A DNA stretch of 57,958 nt from Chloroflexi bacterium HGW-Chloroflexi-9 (GCA_002840675.1 PHBR01000001.1:1-57958), one strand, 5' to 3'. Counted from the stretch's first letter, positions 19,602 through 27,752 are shown. Program-made: numbers and translations. Notes: a model not told the origin generated them from the letters alone.

Positions 19602-21185
19602 ACCCAATCGCCCAATCCGTCGCTCACCACCTGGGCCATCTGGCGAAGGCACTCCGGCATAGATCTCCAGCGTGATCTGCCGCTCTCCTACCTCGACACT
19701 CCGCAGCAGCAGCTTGAACAGCTCCTTGCGTTCGTGCGGGCGGAGATGCTCGTAGACCTCATCCACTCGCCGCAGAGCCTCACAGACCGTCGCTGACGTC
19801 GCCGTCGCGGCCTCGATCTCGGTGATCTGCCGGTCCAGGTCGGCGATGCCGCTGTTGAGGTCGTCACGACGTGTGGCAAGCGCCTCGATGCGGTCCTCTA
19901 CGAACTCCCGACCCACGGGCACCGCTGACCACTCGGTCAGCATCCGGTCCGCGTCGGCGGCGACCTTCGGGAGCTGCTTCACGAGCGCCTCGCGCTGCTT
20001 CCGCAGCTTCGGCAGTTCGCGGGACAACCGCCGGTTCGTCTCGGCGGTCAGCGCCTCCACCGTTGCCGGGTCGGCGGCAAGCGTGCGGAGGCGGTCGAGC
20101 ACCACCCCTTCGAGCCGATCCGCCGGCAGGCGCATCCCGCAGCGGTTGCGGCAGACGTAGTAGAAGTAGTCCTTGCCCTGCCGTCCCGTGCCGGAGCGCC
20201 CCTGCATCGTCCCGCCACATCGGCCGCAGCGTGTGAGTCCCCCACTTAGCACATAGACGTGGCTGACCTTCGTAGCCGCATTATGTCCAGTCCTCGCATT
20301 CGCAGACATGAGTGTCTGGACGCGTTCGAAGAGTTCGGTATCGATGATCCCCGGCCAGACGGCGTCCACCAACATGGGGCCATCGGGCCCCTGCGCCTCA
20401 CGCTTCCCGATGTACGCGACGTTCTTGAGCATCTGCTGGACGGTGGAGAACGTGAACTCGCCACCCGGGTGCTCCCTCCCCCGCCGTGACGTGAACGACT
20501 TTCCCCGGTACCCGGCCCGGTTCAAGTGCTCCATTGCCTCCTTTATCGAGCCGGCCTCCAGGTACGCCTCGTAGAGGAATGCGACGCCCTGCGCCTCGGC
20601 CTCGTTCGGGATCAGATAGCCCTTGCGATCCGGGTCGAGGTCGAAGCCGAAGAGCCGTCCGCCGTTCCAGAGGCCGCGCTCGGTGCGAGCGATTACGGCG
20701 TCGCGGGTGCGCTCTGATGTCTGCTCGCGCTCGAACTGCGCCAGCGCCATCAGGATGGTCATAATCAGCCGTCCATGCGGCGTCGTGGTGTCGAACTGCT
20801 CCTTGAGCGAGCAGAACTCGACCCCGTGCTCATCGAGCACTTCCAGCAGGTCGAGGAAGTCGCGCAGGCTCCGGCAGAGGCGGCTGAGTGCGGTGCAGAC
20901 GATCGTGTTGACCCGCCCCGACTCGATGTCTTCGAACAGCCGTTGGAACTCCGGGCTGCGTACGGAGTCCTTCCCCGAAACGCCCCGCAGCTCGTAGACC
21001 GCGGCTTCCTCCCACGGCTCGCCGATGGTGTCGCGCTTGTACGCGACCTGCTGGCGGAGCCGTTGGAGCTGGGTGACGAGGCTGCCCTCGGGGTTGGACG
21101 CCTGGATGTCCGTCGAGACGCGGACGACGAGGCCCACGCGCCGCACGTCTTCGCGCTGCTGACGCGCCACCTTCGCGGCTACCAC
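19560..21185 (-). CDS. Large serine recombinase (integrase)
   Basis: VRVST catalytic Ser, LSRLCRS, AQFEREQTSERTRD, recombinase domain, CGRCG...YYVC zinc ribbon and coiled coil. Confidence 0.95.
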   Translation of the reverse strand: MVAAKVARQQREDVRRVGLVVRVSTDIQASNPEGSLVTQLQRLRQQVAYKRDTIGEPWEEAAVYELRGVSGKDSVRSPEFQRLFEDIESGRVNTIVCTALSRLCRSLRDFLDLLEVLDEHGVEFCSLKEQFDTTTPHGRLIMTILMALAQFEREQTSERTRDAVIARTERGLWNGGRLFGFDLDPDRKGYLIPNEAEAQGVAFLYEAYLEAGSIKEAMEHLNRAGYRGKSFTSRRGREHPGGEFTFSTVQQMLKNVAYIGKREAQGPDGPMLVDAVWPGIIDTELFERVQTLMSANARTGHNAATKVSHVYVLSGGLTRCGRCGGTMQGRSGTGRQGKDYFYYVCRNRCGMRLPADRLEGVVLDRLRTLAADPATVEALTAETNRRLSRELPKLRKQREALVKQLPKVAADADRMLTEWSAVPVGREFVEDRIEALATRRDDLNSGIADLDRQITEIEAATATSATVCEALRRVDEVYEHLRPHERKELFKLLLRSVEVGERQITLEIYAGVPSPDGPGGERRIGRLGWLPDVDSNHEPND

Positions 21186-21370
21186 CGGGGCTGATCCGAA
21201 TCCATGTCGTGATGCACCGACATGTCGCGCCCGAAGTCAACGGTGGTGCGCGCCCTGAGCCAGCGCTCGATCCCGGTCGCAAGCAGCGCCTGTAGCTGCT
21301 GAGCGCGCTCGTCGCCCGAGGGATCGTCGACGAGTCGGACGGTGATCTTGGGCTGAGTGGGTTCGGCCAT
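21179..21370 (-). CDS. 63-aa protein, candidate recombination directionality factor
   Basis: Overlaps the recombinase start; preceded by the conserved bipartite motif. Function inferred from position only. Confidence 0.55.
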   Translation of the reverse strand: MAEPTQPKITVRLVDDPSGDERAQQLQALLATGIERWLRARTTVDFGRDMSVHHDMDSDQPRW

Positions 21371-21374
21371 GCCT

Positions 21375-21409
21375 ACCCATACGCAGGTCCGCTGCGATCT
21401 GTCGGATCA
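21375..21409 (-). promoter_or_regulatory. Element promoter motif, copy A
   Basis: TGATCCGACAGATC-gcagcgga-CCTGCGTATGGGT, 4 nt before ATG 21370. Confidence 0.75.
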
Positions 21410-21420
21410 CCGACGCGTCG

Positions 21421-21468
21421 CGACCTCCGGCGACCTCCGGGGGATCTCCGCCATCTGACCGGAGGTCG
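21421..21468. repeat. CGACCTCCGG tandem pair plus inverted copy
   Basis: Direct copies at 21421-21430 and 21431-21440; CCGGAGGTCG at 21459-21468. Confidence 0.7.
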
Positions 21469-21488
21469 AAGACCGATAACTGGAGTGG

Positions 21489-22070
21489 GTGCAATTTTAC
21501 GCGCCCACCCCATCCGATGGCTTTGCGCCCTGGGAACTGGACACCGCGACAGCGGCCGTCCGGAGCTACCTCCGCGCTTCCCGGCGTCGTCCCGACCCAG
21601 ACGTCGAGAAAGGCCTAATCCAGGAGTGCCTGCTCCAGTGGTGGATCAAACGTGACCGGTACGACTCCGCCCGAGGGGCGAACCGCCGGACCTTCATGAA
21701 CCGGGTCTGTGAGCGCCACCTCCGCAGCCTCGCCCGTGCGGAGCGCGCGCTGAAGAGAGGCGGCGGCAAGCAGACGCTTTCGCTCGACAGGCCGTTGGGC
21801 GAGGACGGTGACTCACTGGCTGAGCTGCTCTCGGACGGCGATCCACGTCCGGATGAACTCGCCGAGCATGACGACCTCCTGGCGCGGCTCGCGCGTGTCC
21901 GCGAACGACTACTGGGGCGCGAACGACGTGTCTTCGAGGCGCTCGCCGACGATCGCCCGCGGGCGAGGCTTGCCCGTGATCTGGGCATCCACCGCAGCAC
22001 GCTCTACGCCGACATCGAGCGCATCCGGGAGGTCGCTCGCGACGAGGGGCTCGAAGACTTCCTCCGCTGA
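21489..22070 (+). CDS. Sigma-70 family RNA polymerase sigma factor (regions 2 and 4, SigH/ECF-like)
   Basis: LIQECLLQWW...YDSARGANRRTFMNRV (region 2), SLDRPL, and LARDLGIHRSTLY HTH (region 4). Confidence 0.8.
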   Translation: MQFYAPTPSDGFAPWELDTATAAVRSYLRASRRRPDPDVEKGLIQECLLQWWIKRDRYDSARGANRRTFMNRVCERHLRSLARAERALKRGGGKQTLSLDRPLGEDGDSLAELLSDGDPRPDELAEHDDLLARLARVRERLLGRERRVFEALADDRPRARLARDLGIHRSTLYADIERIREVARDEGLEDFLR

Positions 22071-22102
22071 TCCGACAGATCCGATCCGTCCTGCGTATGG
22101 GT
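22068..22102 (+). promoter_or_regulatory. Element promoter motif, copy B
   Basis: TGATCCGACAGATC-cgatccgt-CCTGCGTATGGGT, 4 nt before ATG 22107. Confidence 0.75.
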
Positions 22103-22106
22103 GCTC

Positions 22107-22388
22107 ATGGACACTCAAACGCTTCGCTTCATCTTTCCACCCGGAGCTGACCCGGAGGTGGTCGAGGACGACTTCGGCCTCGCCCTCTTCGCGGTCAGCT
22201 GTATCTACGGACGCCCGGGCGTCCGCCTTGCCGCCCGTTACCTCGTCAGCCCGGATGGGCGCCGCTGCGTCGCCTCGGTTGCGGGTACGGCGGGCGAGGC
22301 GGTGCTGCGCATCTTCACCGGGCTCTGCGCCTCCCGGCTCGGTGAGGACGGGTTCCGCATTGAGCGCCTCGGCGGTGCAGCATGCTGA
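22107..22388 (+). CDS. Small hypothetical protein of the element core
   Basis: Lies between the sigma and primase genes and overlaps the primase start. Start reassigned to ATG 22107 from the motif spacing. Confidence 0.7.
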   Translation: MDTQTLRFIFPPGADPEVVEDDFGLALFAVSCIYGRPGVRLAARYLVSPDGRRCVASVAGTAGEAVLRIFTGLCASRLGEDGFRIERLGGAAC

Positions 22389-23161
22389 GCCCCGACGCCC
22401 ACAGCCTCGGGGACGCGGCGGTCGAACTCGCGCTCGCGGGCTGGTCGGTCTTCCCGTGCCACCCCACCGGGCCGCGCGCCAAGTCGCCGATCTCCGCGCT
22501 CGTGCCGCACGGCCACCTGAACGCCACCCGCGACCCGGAGGTCATCCAGCGGTGGTGGCGTGAATGCCCCAACGCCATGATCGGCGGCGCTGTCCCGGCG
22601 TCGTTCATCGTGATCGACATCGACCCGCGGAACGGGGGCAGCCTCGATGTGCTCGAGGCCCTCGTCGGTGCGCTGACCGAGACGCTCACCGTCTGGAGCG
22701 GTCGTGAGGACCGCGGCCGCCACTTCTACTACCTGCGCCCGGGTGGAGCGTTCACGTCGACCCGTCTGCCCGATGGCATCGACCTCAAAGTGCACGGCTA
22801 CTGCATCCTGCCGCCGAGCATCCATCCGGCGACGGGCCGCCCATACCGCTGGGAACTGCGCGAGCCCGCCCCGCTTCCCGGCAGCCTCCTCAGCCTCCTG
22901 CGCCCGCTCCCATCGCCTCCGCGTGTGACCTCAGGCCTCGGGAGCGTCAGCGCTGATGCCCTCGTGCGCTTCGTCGCGGGACTGCAGCCCGGCGAGCGGA
23001 ACCGAGGCACCTACTGGGCCGCGTGCCGCGCCGCGGACGACGGCGTGCTCGATGGCCTCGCAGCCGACCTCGTCGCTGCCGCCATGCAGACCGGCCTGCC
23101 GGAGCGCGAGGCCATTCGCATCGTCCAGTCCGCGCGGCGCAGTGCGGGGATCCGCTCATGA
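22382..23161 (+). CDS. Bifunctional DNA primase/polymerase (Prim-Pol)
   Basis: GWSVFPC, HGHLNATRDPEVIQRWW, VIDIDPRNGG, GRHFYY, PPSIHPATGRPYRW and GERN (PriCT-like). Confidence 0.9.
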   Translation: MLSPDAHSLGDAAVELALAGWSVFPCHPTGPRAKSPISALVPHGHLNATRDPEVIQRWWRECPNAMIGGAVPASFIVIDIDPRNGGSLDVLEALVGALTETLTVWSGREDRGRHFYYLRPGGAFTSTRLPDGIDLKVHGYCILPPSIHPATGRPYRWELREPAPLPGSLLSLLRPLPSPPRVTSGLGSVSADALVRFVAGLQPGERNRGTYWAACRAADDGVLDGLAADLVAAAMQTGLPEREAIRIVQSARRSAGIRS

Positions 23162-23304
23162 CCACCGTGCCCACCGTCCCGCCCGTCTCTGACCAGCCGC
23201 ACGACCGCTGCTCGGAGGATGTCACCCCCTGGTCTGCAGCATCGTCTCGCTTCATACCGCCTCCACTTCCTTCGTTCACTCGGAACCTACTGCGGTACCT
23301 GTGA
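23158..23304 (+). pseudogene. Truncated gene coupled to the primase (helicase-type partner expected)
   Basis: ATGA overlap; MTTVPTVPPV start, then non-coding-looking sequence and a stop after 48 codons. Confidence 0.45.
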
Positions 23305-23594
23305 CGCTAGGCGCGGGCGCAGACCCACCCGAGTGGCGTTTGACCGGACGATTAAAGGACTAAGGTCCTGAGACCGGTCCGTCGCGATCTCGGACGGGAG
23401 ATCGTCCCTTGAGTGCGGCTGATAGGCGCGCGGCAGCGCGTGACGGCGGTCTCGTTCGCCACCGTGATCATGCCGCCGGCCCGCTCAGACCCGCCGTGTG
23501 CGGAGGAGGCGTAGCGTGGCTACCCGCACACCCGAGATAGCCCGATGGACCATCCCCGAAGTGGATGCAGCTGGACTCGTAACGGGGTGTGGCG

Positions 23595-23780
23595 GTCGCG
23601 GCCAGGCGTTCGTTCATGAGGAACGCCGCGAGCAGTTGCTCAGCAGCGCGCCGACCGCCGGGAAGGGATCGTTGGCCTGGATCGCCGGATCAGGGAGATC
23701 GAGATGACCGGAGCCCGGTCTACGAGCACCTGAAGCCGCACGAGCGCAAGGAGTTGTTCAGACTGCTCCTGCGGAGCGTC
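23595..23780 (+). pseudogene. Frameshifted fragment of a second serine recombinase (C-terminal region)
   Basis: GQAFV..., RADRREGIVGLDRRIREIE and VYEHLKPHERKELFRLLLRSV in different frames match the intact recombinase. Confidence 0.8.
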
Positions 23781-23847
23781 TGGGACGGGTTCCTGCCGGT
23801 GCGCCAGCGTGACGTCGGCCTCTGCAGGTTTCGACAGCGCTGCTCGG

Positions 23848-24405
23848 TCAGCCGCTGTACGGCCAGGGGATGTCCACGGAGGTTAGCGGACGGTCGCTCG
23901 TCGCCACCCGGCCATCCAGGACGTGGCCGACCACAAGGGTGTGGTCACCGACATCGACGAACTGCTCCGCCTCGCAGTCGAGCCACATCAGTGCCCCGTC
24001 GAGGACCGGGCACCCGCGCGTGGTGAGCGTGTGGTCGACAGCGTCGAGCTTCTCGTACGTGCTCGATACCAGCGGCTGACCCCGCCCCTTGATCTTGGCG
24101 GCACGGTGCGGCTGCACGAAGTGTTGCGCCAGCGCCATCCCTGCGCCGCTCGCGTGGGCAAGGAGGTTCACGGTGAACGCGTTGTTCTGACGGATGCTCG
24201 CCAGGCTGTACGAGTCGTTCTCGAACGACACCGCGACCCGGTGCGGCTGGAAGGCCACCTGCATCACCCAGTCCGCGATCATCCCGTTGGGTTCGCCCCC
24301 GCGGGTGGTGCCCACGATGTAGACCCCGTACGGCATCTCCTCCACCGCGTCGGCGATCGAGCCATGCTCGGCACGCAATGCGCTGTCGGTGTTCTGGCTG
24401 ACCAT
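23848..24405 (-). CDS. Flavin reductase-like protein
   Basis: PYGVYIV, NGMIADWVMQVAF, FTVNLL, GCPVL and GDHTLVVG. Confidence 0.88.
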   Translation of the reverse strand: MVSQNTDSALRAEHGSIADAVEEMPYGVYIVGTTRGGEPNGMIADWVMQVAFQPHRVAVSFENDSYSLASIRQNNAFTVNLLAHASGAGMALAQHFVQPHRAAKIKGRGQPLVSSTYEKLDAVDHTLTTRGCPVLDGALMWLDCEAEQFVDVGDHTLVVGHVLDGRVATSDRPLTSVDIPWPYSG

Positions 24406-24860
24406 TCCTTGCTCCCTTCCATGTGGATTTCCATGCGGCGTCCAACCTCGCCGGTCCGTGTCCGCCTGTGGCCGTCACGCCCAAGAGGACATTCGCGACT
24501 TCAGTATCCGGGGCGCAGTGCGGTCGAGGCAGGGCACAAGGACCCCCAGCGCGGGACCAAACGTCCCTTCTGCGAAACACCCGCGACCCCGCCGGATGTA
24601 GTCTGAGCGGTGATAGGACGACCATCGCAGCCGCCGCGCGCTGCTCCGACAGCCGCGGGCGGCGGCACATCTGTCGGCAGATCACCGATATCTAAGCCGT
24701 GACGGCAACGTCAGCGCTCCGACGCTACCCCTCAGGGGCCGGGGCAGACTCGATATACTCCTCACCTGGTCTCGATCATTGTCTCTACGAATAAGGACGG
24801 GCGGCTCGACTGTGTCAGCCGCGAGAAGAGGCCGACACGTCCGCGGAGACGAGGAGCGTC

Positions 24861-25430
24861 GTGACCATTTCTGACAGCGTGCATGCCTTGTGTAGTCGGC
24901 CCTCCGGCCGTGTCTTGCTTGCGTTCATGCTCGCCGCACTGGTGCTGGCTCCGGCGTGCGCTGACAACGGATCGGAAGACGCCCGGTTCACGGATCCATT
25001 CGCCTACTGCACGGAGATCCAGGACATCGATGCACCCGACGAGCGATACGTCGGAGAAGCGGTCCCTGATGCTGTCGTTGAAGGCATCCGCATCGCCACC
25101 GGCGCTTCCGCGGACGCCCCGGTGGAGTTCTTCAGGGACGGCACGTCCTGGCGTTGCATGGACGGCGAGGTGTACGCGTGCACCGTCGGCGCCAATCTGC
25201 CATGCCAGGCCAAGGCGGACGTGAGCGAGGATCCCTCGCCGTCCATGAGCGAGTTCTGCGTCGCGAATCCGGATGCCGAAGCAGTCCCCGCCGCCGTCAC
25301 GGGTCGCGAGACGGTGTTCGCATGGGCCTGCGACGGTAGTAAGGCAGTCGTCGAGCGGCAGGTGTTCCAGGTAGACGGCCGAGGCTTCATCGCAGAGATC
25401 TGGTACCGGCTCGAAACCCCTGGCGGCTAG
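24861..25430 (+). CDS. Cys-rich secreted or lipoprotein hypothetical
   Basis: Hydrophobic signal ending APAC; DPFAYC and WRCMDGEVYACTVGANLPC. Confidence 0.7.
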   Translation: MTISDSVHALCSRPSGRVLLAFMLAALVLAPACADNGSEDARFTDPFAYCTEIQDIDAPDERYVGEAVPDAVVEGIRIATGASADAPVEFFRDGTSWRCMDGEVYACTVGANLPCQAKADVSEDPSPSMSEFCVANPDAEAVPAAVTGRETVFAWACDGSKAVVERQVFQVDGRGFIAEIWYRLETPGG

Positions 25431-25472
25431 CCGGTCGAGCCGGGGCAAGGTTCTGATGAGTCGGAGGGCTGG

Positions 25473-25910
25473 ATGCGACGGAAGTTGTTCGGTGTCTCTC
25501 TCGCGATCCTGACTCTCGTTGGTGCCGGTTGCACCGAGAGTGCGGGAGAGGACAAGGTGCGCGCCTCCGCGATCGTGTGCAGCGCGGCCTACCGAGTGTC
25601 ACAGGCGGAGCCGTTGACAGAGGTTGATTCGCTGCGGCTAGAGGACACCGACGCCGTGCAGTCGCTGCCGTACATCTACCTGGAACTGCACGCCGAATAC
25701 GCCGATGGCCGGTCTGATGGTGAGCGTGCGCTGCGCGTGTGGGTGACCCGCACCGCGGAAGCAGAGCCACTGGTCACGCACCTCTATCAGATGCCCGAGG
25801 GCGAAGGGCCACAGAACCAGTTCCTGGGTGACCACGGGTTCACCGGGCTGATGTACGCCTACGACCCGGTCAGCGGTGCGGAACTGCAGTACTGGTGCAC
25901 CGCGGAATAG
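25473..25910 (+). CDS. Hypothetical lipoprotein
   Basis: GGAGG RBS; lipobox GAGC. Confidence 0.7.
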   Translation: MRRKLFGVSLAILTLVGAGCTESAGEDKVRASAIVCSAAYRVSQAEPLTEVDSLRLEDTDAVQSLPYIYLELHAEYADGRSDGERALRVWVTRTAEAEPLVTHLYQMPEGEGPQNQFLGDHGFTGLMYAYDPVSGAELQYWCTAE

Positions 25911-26069
25911 CTCGCAGAGCGTGTTGATGAAGCACGCCCCGTGCAACACGGTCACCTGCAGAGGCGGTGTCGTCGCGGCGTGCGGGTGGCTGTCGATGAC
26001 CTCGGCACGGGCTACTTGAGCCTCAGCTACCTCCAACGACTCCCAGTTGCCGTGCCTAAGATCGGTCGG
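25911..26069 (+). pseudogene. EAL-domain fragment
   Basis: GVRVAVDDLGTGYLSLSYLQRLPVAVPKIGR resembles the EAL consensus GVRIAIDDFGTGYSSLSYLxRLPxDxLKIDR; no full ORF. Confidence 0.7.
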
Positions 26070-26081
26070 CCTCGGGTGCCA

Positions 26082-26483
26082 TCAAGCAGTTCGGGCCCGA
26101 ACCGACGTGAGCTCTCCATATCCAGCGGCGAGGCTCACCAGTGCTACCGCGGCGTGCATGACATGCACCGGTGTATTTGCAGGAGCGTCCGGCATCGTCC
26201 CGAAGAAGTCGGGACTGGCGACGTTCAAGACGAAGCCCAGTACGAACAGAGCTCCGTAGCCGAAGATGGCGTAGGCACGCGCGCTGCCGCGGAGCGCCAG
26301 CACGATGAGGATCGCGAGCACCCCGCCGAGAGCGTGCACTACACCGTGCATCGCGTTCATCGACATGAACGCGTGCTCTGGTAGTCCGACCAGCGATGTG
26401 TCGCGGACCGCGAGCAGCCCCATGATGATCATGGCGACACCACCACCGACCACCCACACACCGAGGGTTGCGTGTTTCGACAT
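26082..26483 (-). CDS. Four-TM membrane protein (DUF4383-like)
   Basis: Four hydrophobic segments; NAMHGVVH and N..VHVMH. Confidence 0.6.
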   Translation of the reverse strand: MSKHATLGVWVVGGGVAMIIMGLLAVRDTSLVGLPEHAFMSMNAMHGVVHALGGVLAILIVLALRGSARAYAIFGYGALFVLGFVLNVASPDFFGTMPDAPANTPVHVMHAAVALVSLAAGYGELTSVRARTA

Positions 26484-26891
26484 GATTATGTTCCTTGCTT
26501 CAGGGCCGTTGCTCCCGGTGGACCGGTGACCTGTGCCCGCCACTCCGAGGATGCGCGGAGATCGGCAGGCAATGCGGATGCCTGACGCGGCGCATACCCA
26601 GCGTATAGCAGTTGTTATTTGAAACGCTGAGATGGCCACCGGCCCGCCGCCTCGTTCGCAGCTTGCCTGCCCCACCGCGCGCCCTCCGGTCGCCACATGG
26701 GCGCGGGATGAGGCAGGCGGGCATCTGCTGCCGCTACGGGGCCGCCGCGTCACTGCGAGCGATGCCATTCATCCAGCGGGGAGACGCTGCGTCGTACCGT
26801 CCCACCCACAGCGGTTCGAGTACGGTAGTGCTGGGCAATCTGTCCGCTGAATACACAATGGACCGGCCCTCAGACCGGGGGGACAACTCAT

Positions 26892-27266
26892 ATGACTGAA
26901 CACACCTACCTCCGCACACACGATCTCGCGGCGGAACATCTCCTGATCGACCTCGGTGAAGCCGTCACTGAGTTACACGGCCTGGTGCCAGATAGCCAGG
27001 ACCGGAGTGCCGTGACGCTGGTGAAGCAGGGTGGGCTCAGCGTCGTGCTCACGCACCTGCACGCCGGCGGAACCCTCGCCGAGCACTCGGCGCCGGGTGC
27101 GACCACTGTGCAGGTCCTGGATGGACACGTCCGCATCCGTGTGGGCGACGACACGATCGAGGTGCCAGCCGGGCGACTCGTTGCCTTCGACGCCAGGGTG
27201 CGGCACAGCGTCGAGGCGCTTGAGGACTCCGTCCTGCTGCTGACACTGGCGCAAGCCCCGGCCTGA
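26892..27266 (+). CDS. Cupin domain protein
   Basis: LAEHSAPG...QVLDG...H.VEALEDS.LLLT. Confidence 0.85.
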   Translation: MTEHTYLRTHDLAAEHLLIDLGEAVTELHGLVPDSQDRSAVTLVKQGGLSVVLTHLHAGGTLAEHSAPGATTVQVLDGHVRIRVGDDTIEVPAGRLVAFDARVRHSVEALEDSVLLLTLAQAPA

Positions 27267-27290
27267 GGGCGAGCCCGAGGAGGCCACGCG

Positions 27291-27677
27291 ATGAACGCCT
27301 CGTTGAACCGGCTCGCGGCGGTGCTTGCGTTCCTGCTCGGTGCGTTCTCGATCGTCGCGGGCCGGCAGGCCGCGGCTGGCTGAGATCCCGGGTATTCCGT
27401 CCTTGGCTGGCTGCCGGTCTACAACCTCGCATTGGGTGTGTGGACTGTCCTTGTCCCCGCGATCATCATCTGGCGAAGCAGCCGGTTCGCGGTGCCGGTG
27501 TCGGTCGGGACGCTCGCTACGCACGCCGCCGTGCTCGTGCTGCTGCTATCGGGCGCGATTGGCGACCCGGCGAAGCAGAGTCTGCTTGCCATGACCTTCC
27601 GGGTCGGGGTCTGGCTGGCCGTCCTCGGGCTGCTCGCGATCCAGTCGCGAAGGCGAGCGACTTCGGCTGGACGCTGA
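27291..27677 (+). pseudogene. Membrane protein interrupted by an in-frame TGA at 27381
   Basis: GAGGAGG RBS; MNASLNRLAAVLAFLLGAFSIVAGRQAAAG*DPGYSVLGWLPVYN... continues in frame through further TM segments. Confidence 0.7.
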
Positions 27678-27752
27678 GCCCCCAAACGGTTGCTGACGAT
27701 CCCGGTCTGCCGGCTCATCCGGCGCGTAACCGGCCGAGGTCGGGCGCAGAGG

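Noticed and set aside
21192..21209. TGATCCGAATCCATGTCG resembles the tRNA-Asn T-arm segment 19576-19593 (15 of 18 nt) just upstream of the integrase, a possible att or secondary binding site
   Set aside because: Short and mismatched, so plausible by chance, and it lies inside a coding region. Not enough to call an att site.
24641..24680. CCGACAG / CTGTCGG inverted pair resembling the first box of the element promoter
   Set aside because: No CGTA box at the 16-nt spacing in either direction and no adjacent start codon.
26762..26800. MPFIQRGDA resembles an alpha/beta-hydrolase N-terminus
   Set aside because: Too short, and the similarity does not continue.
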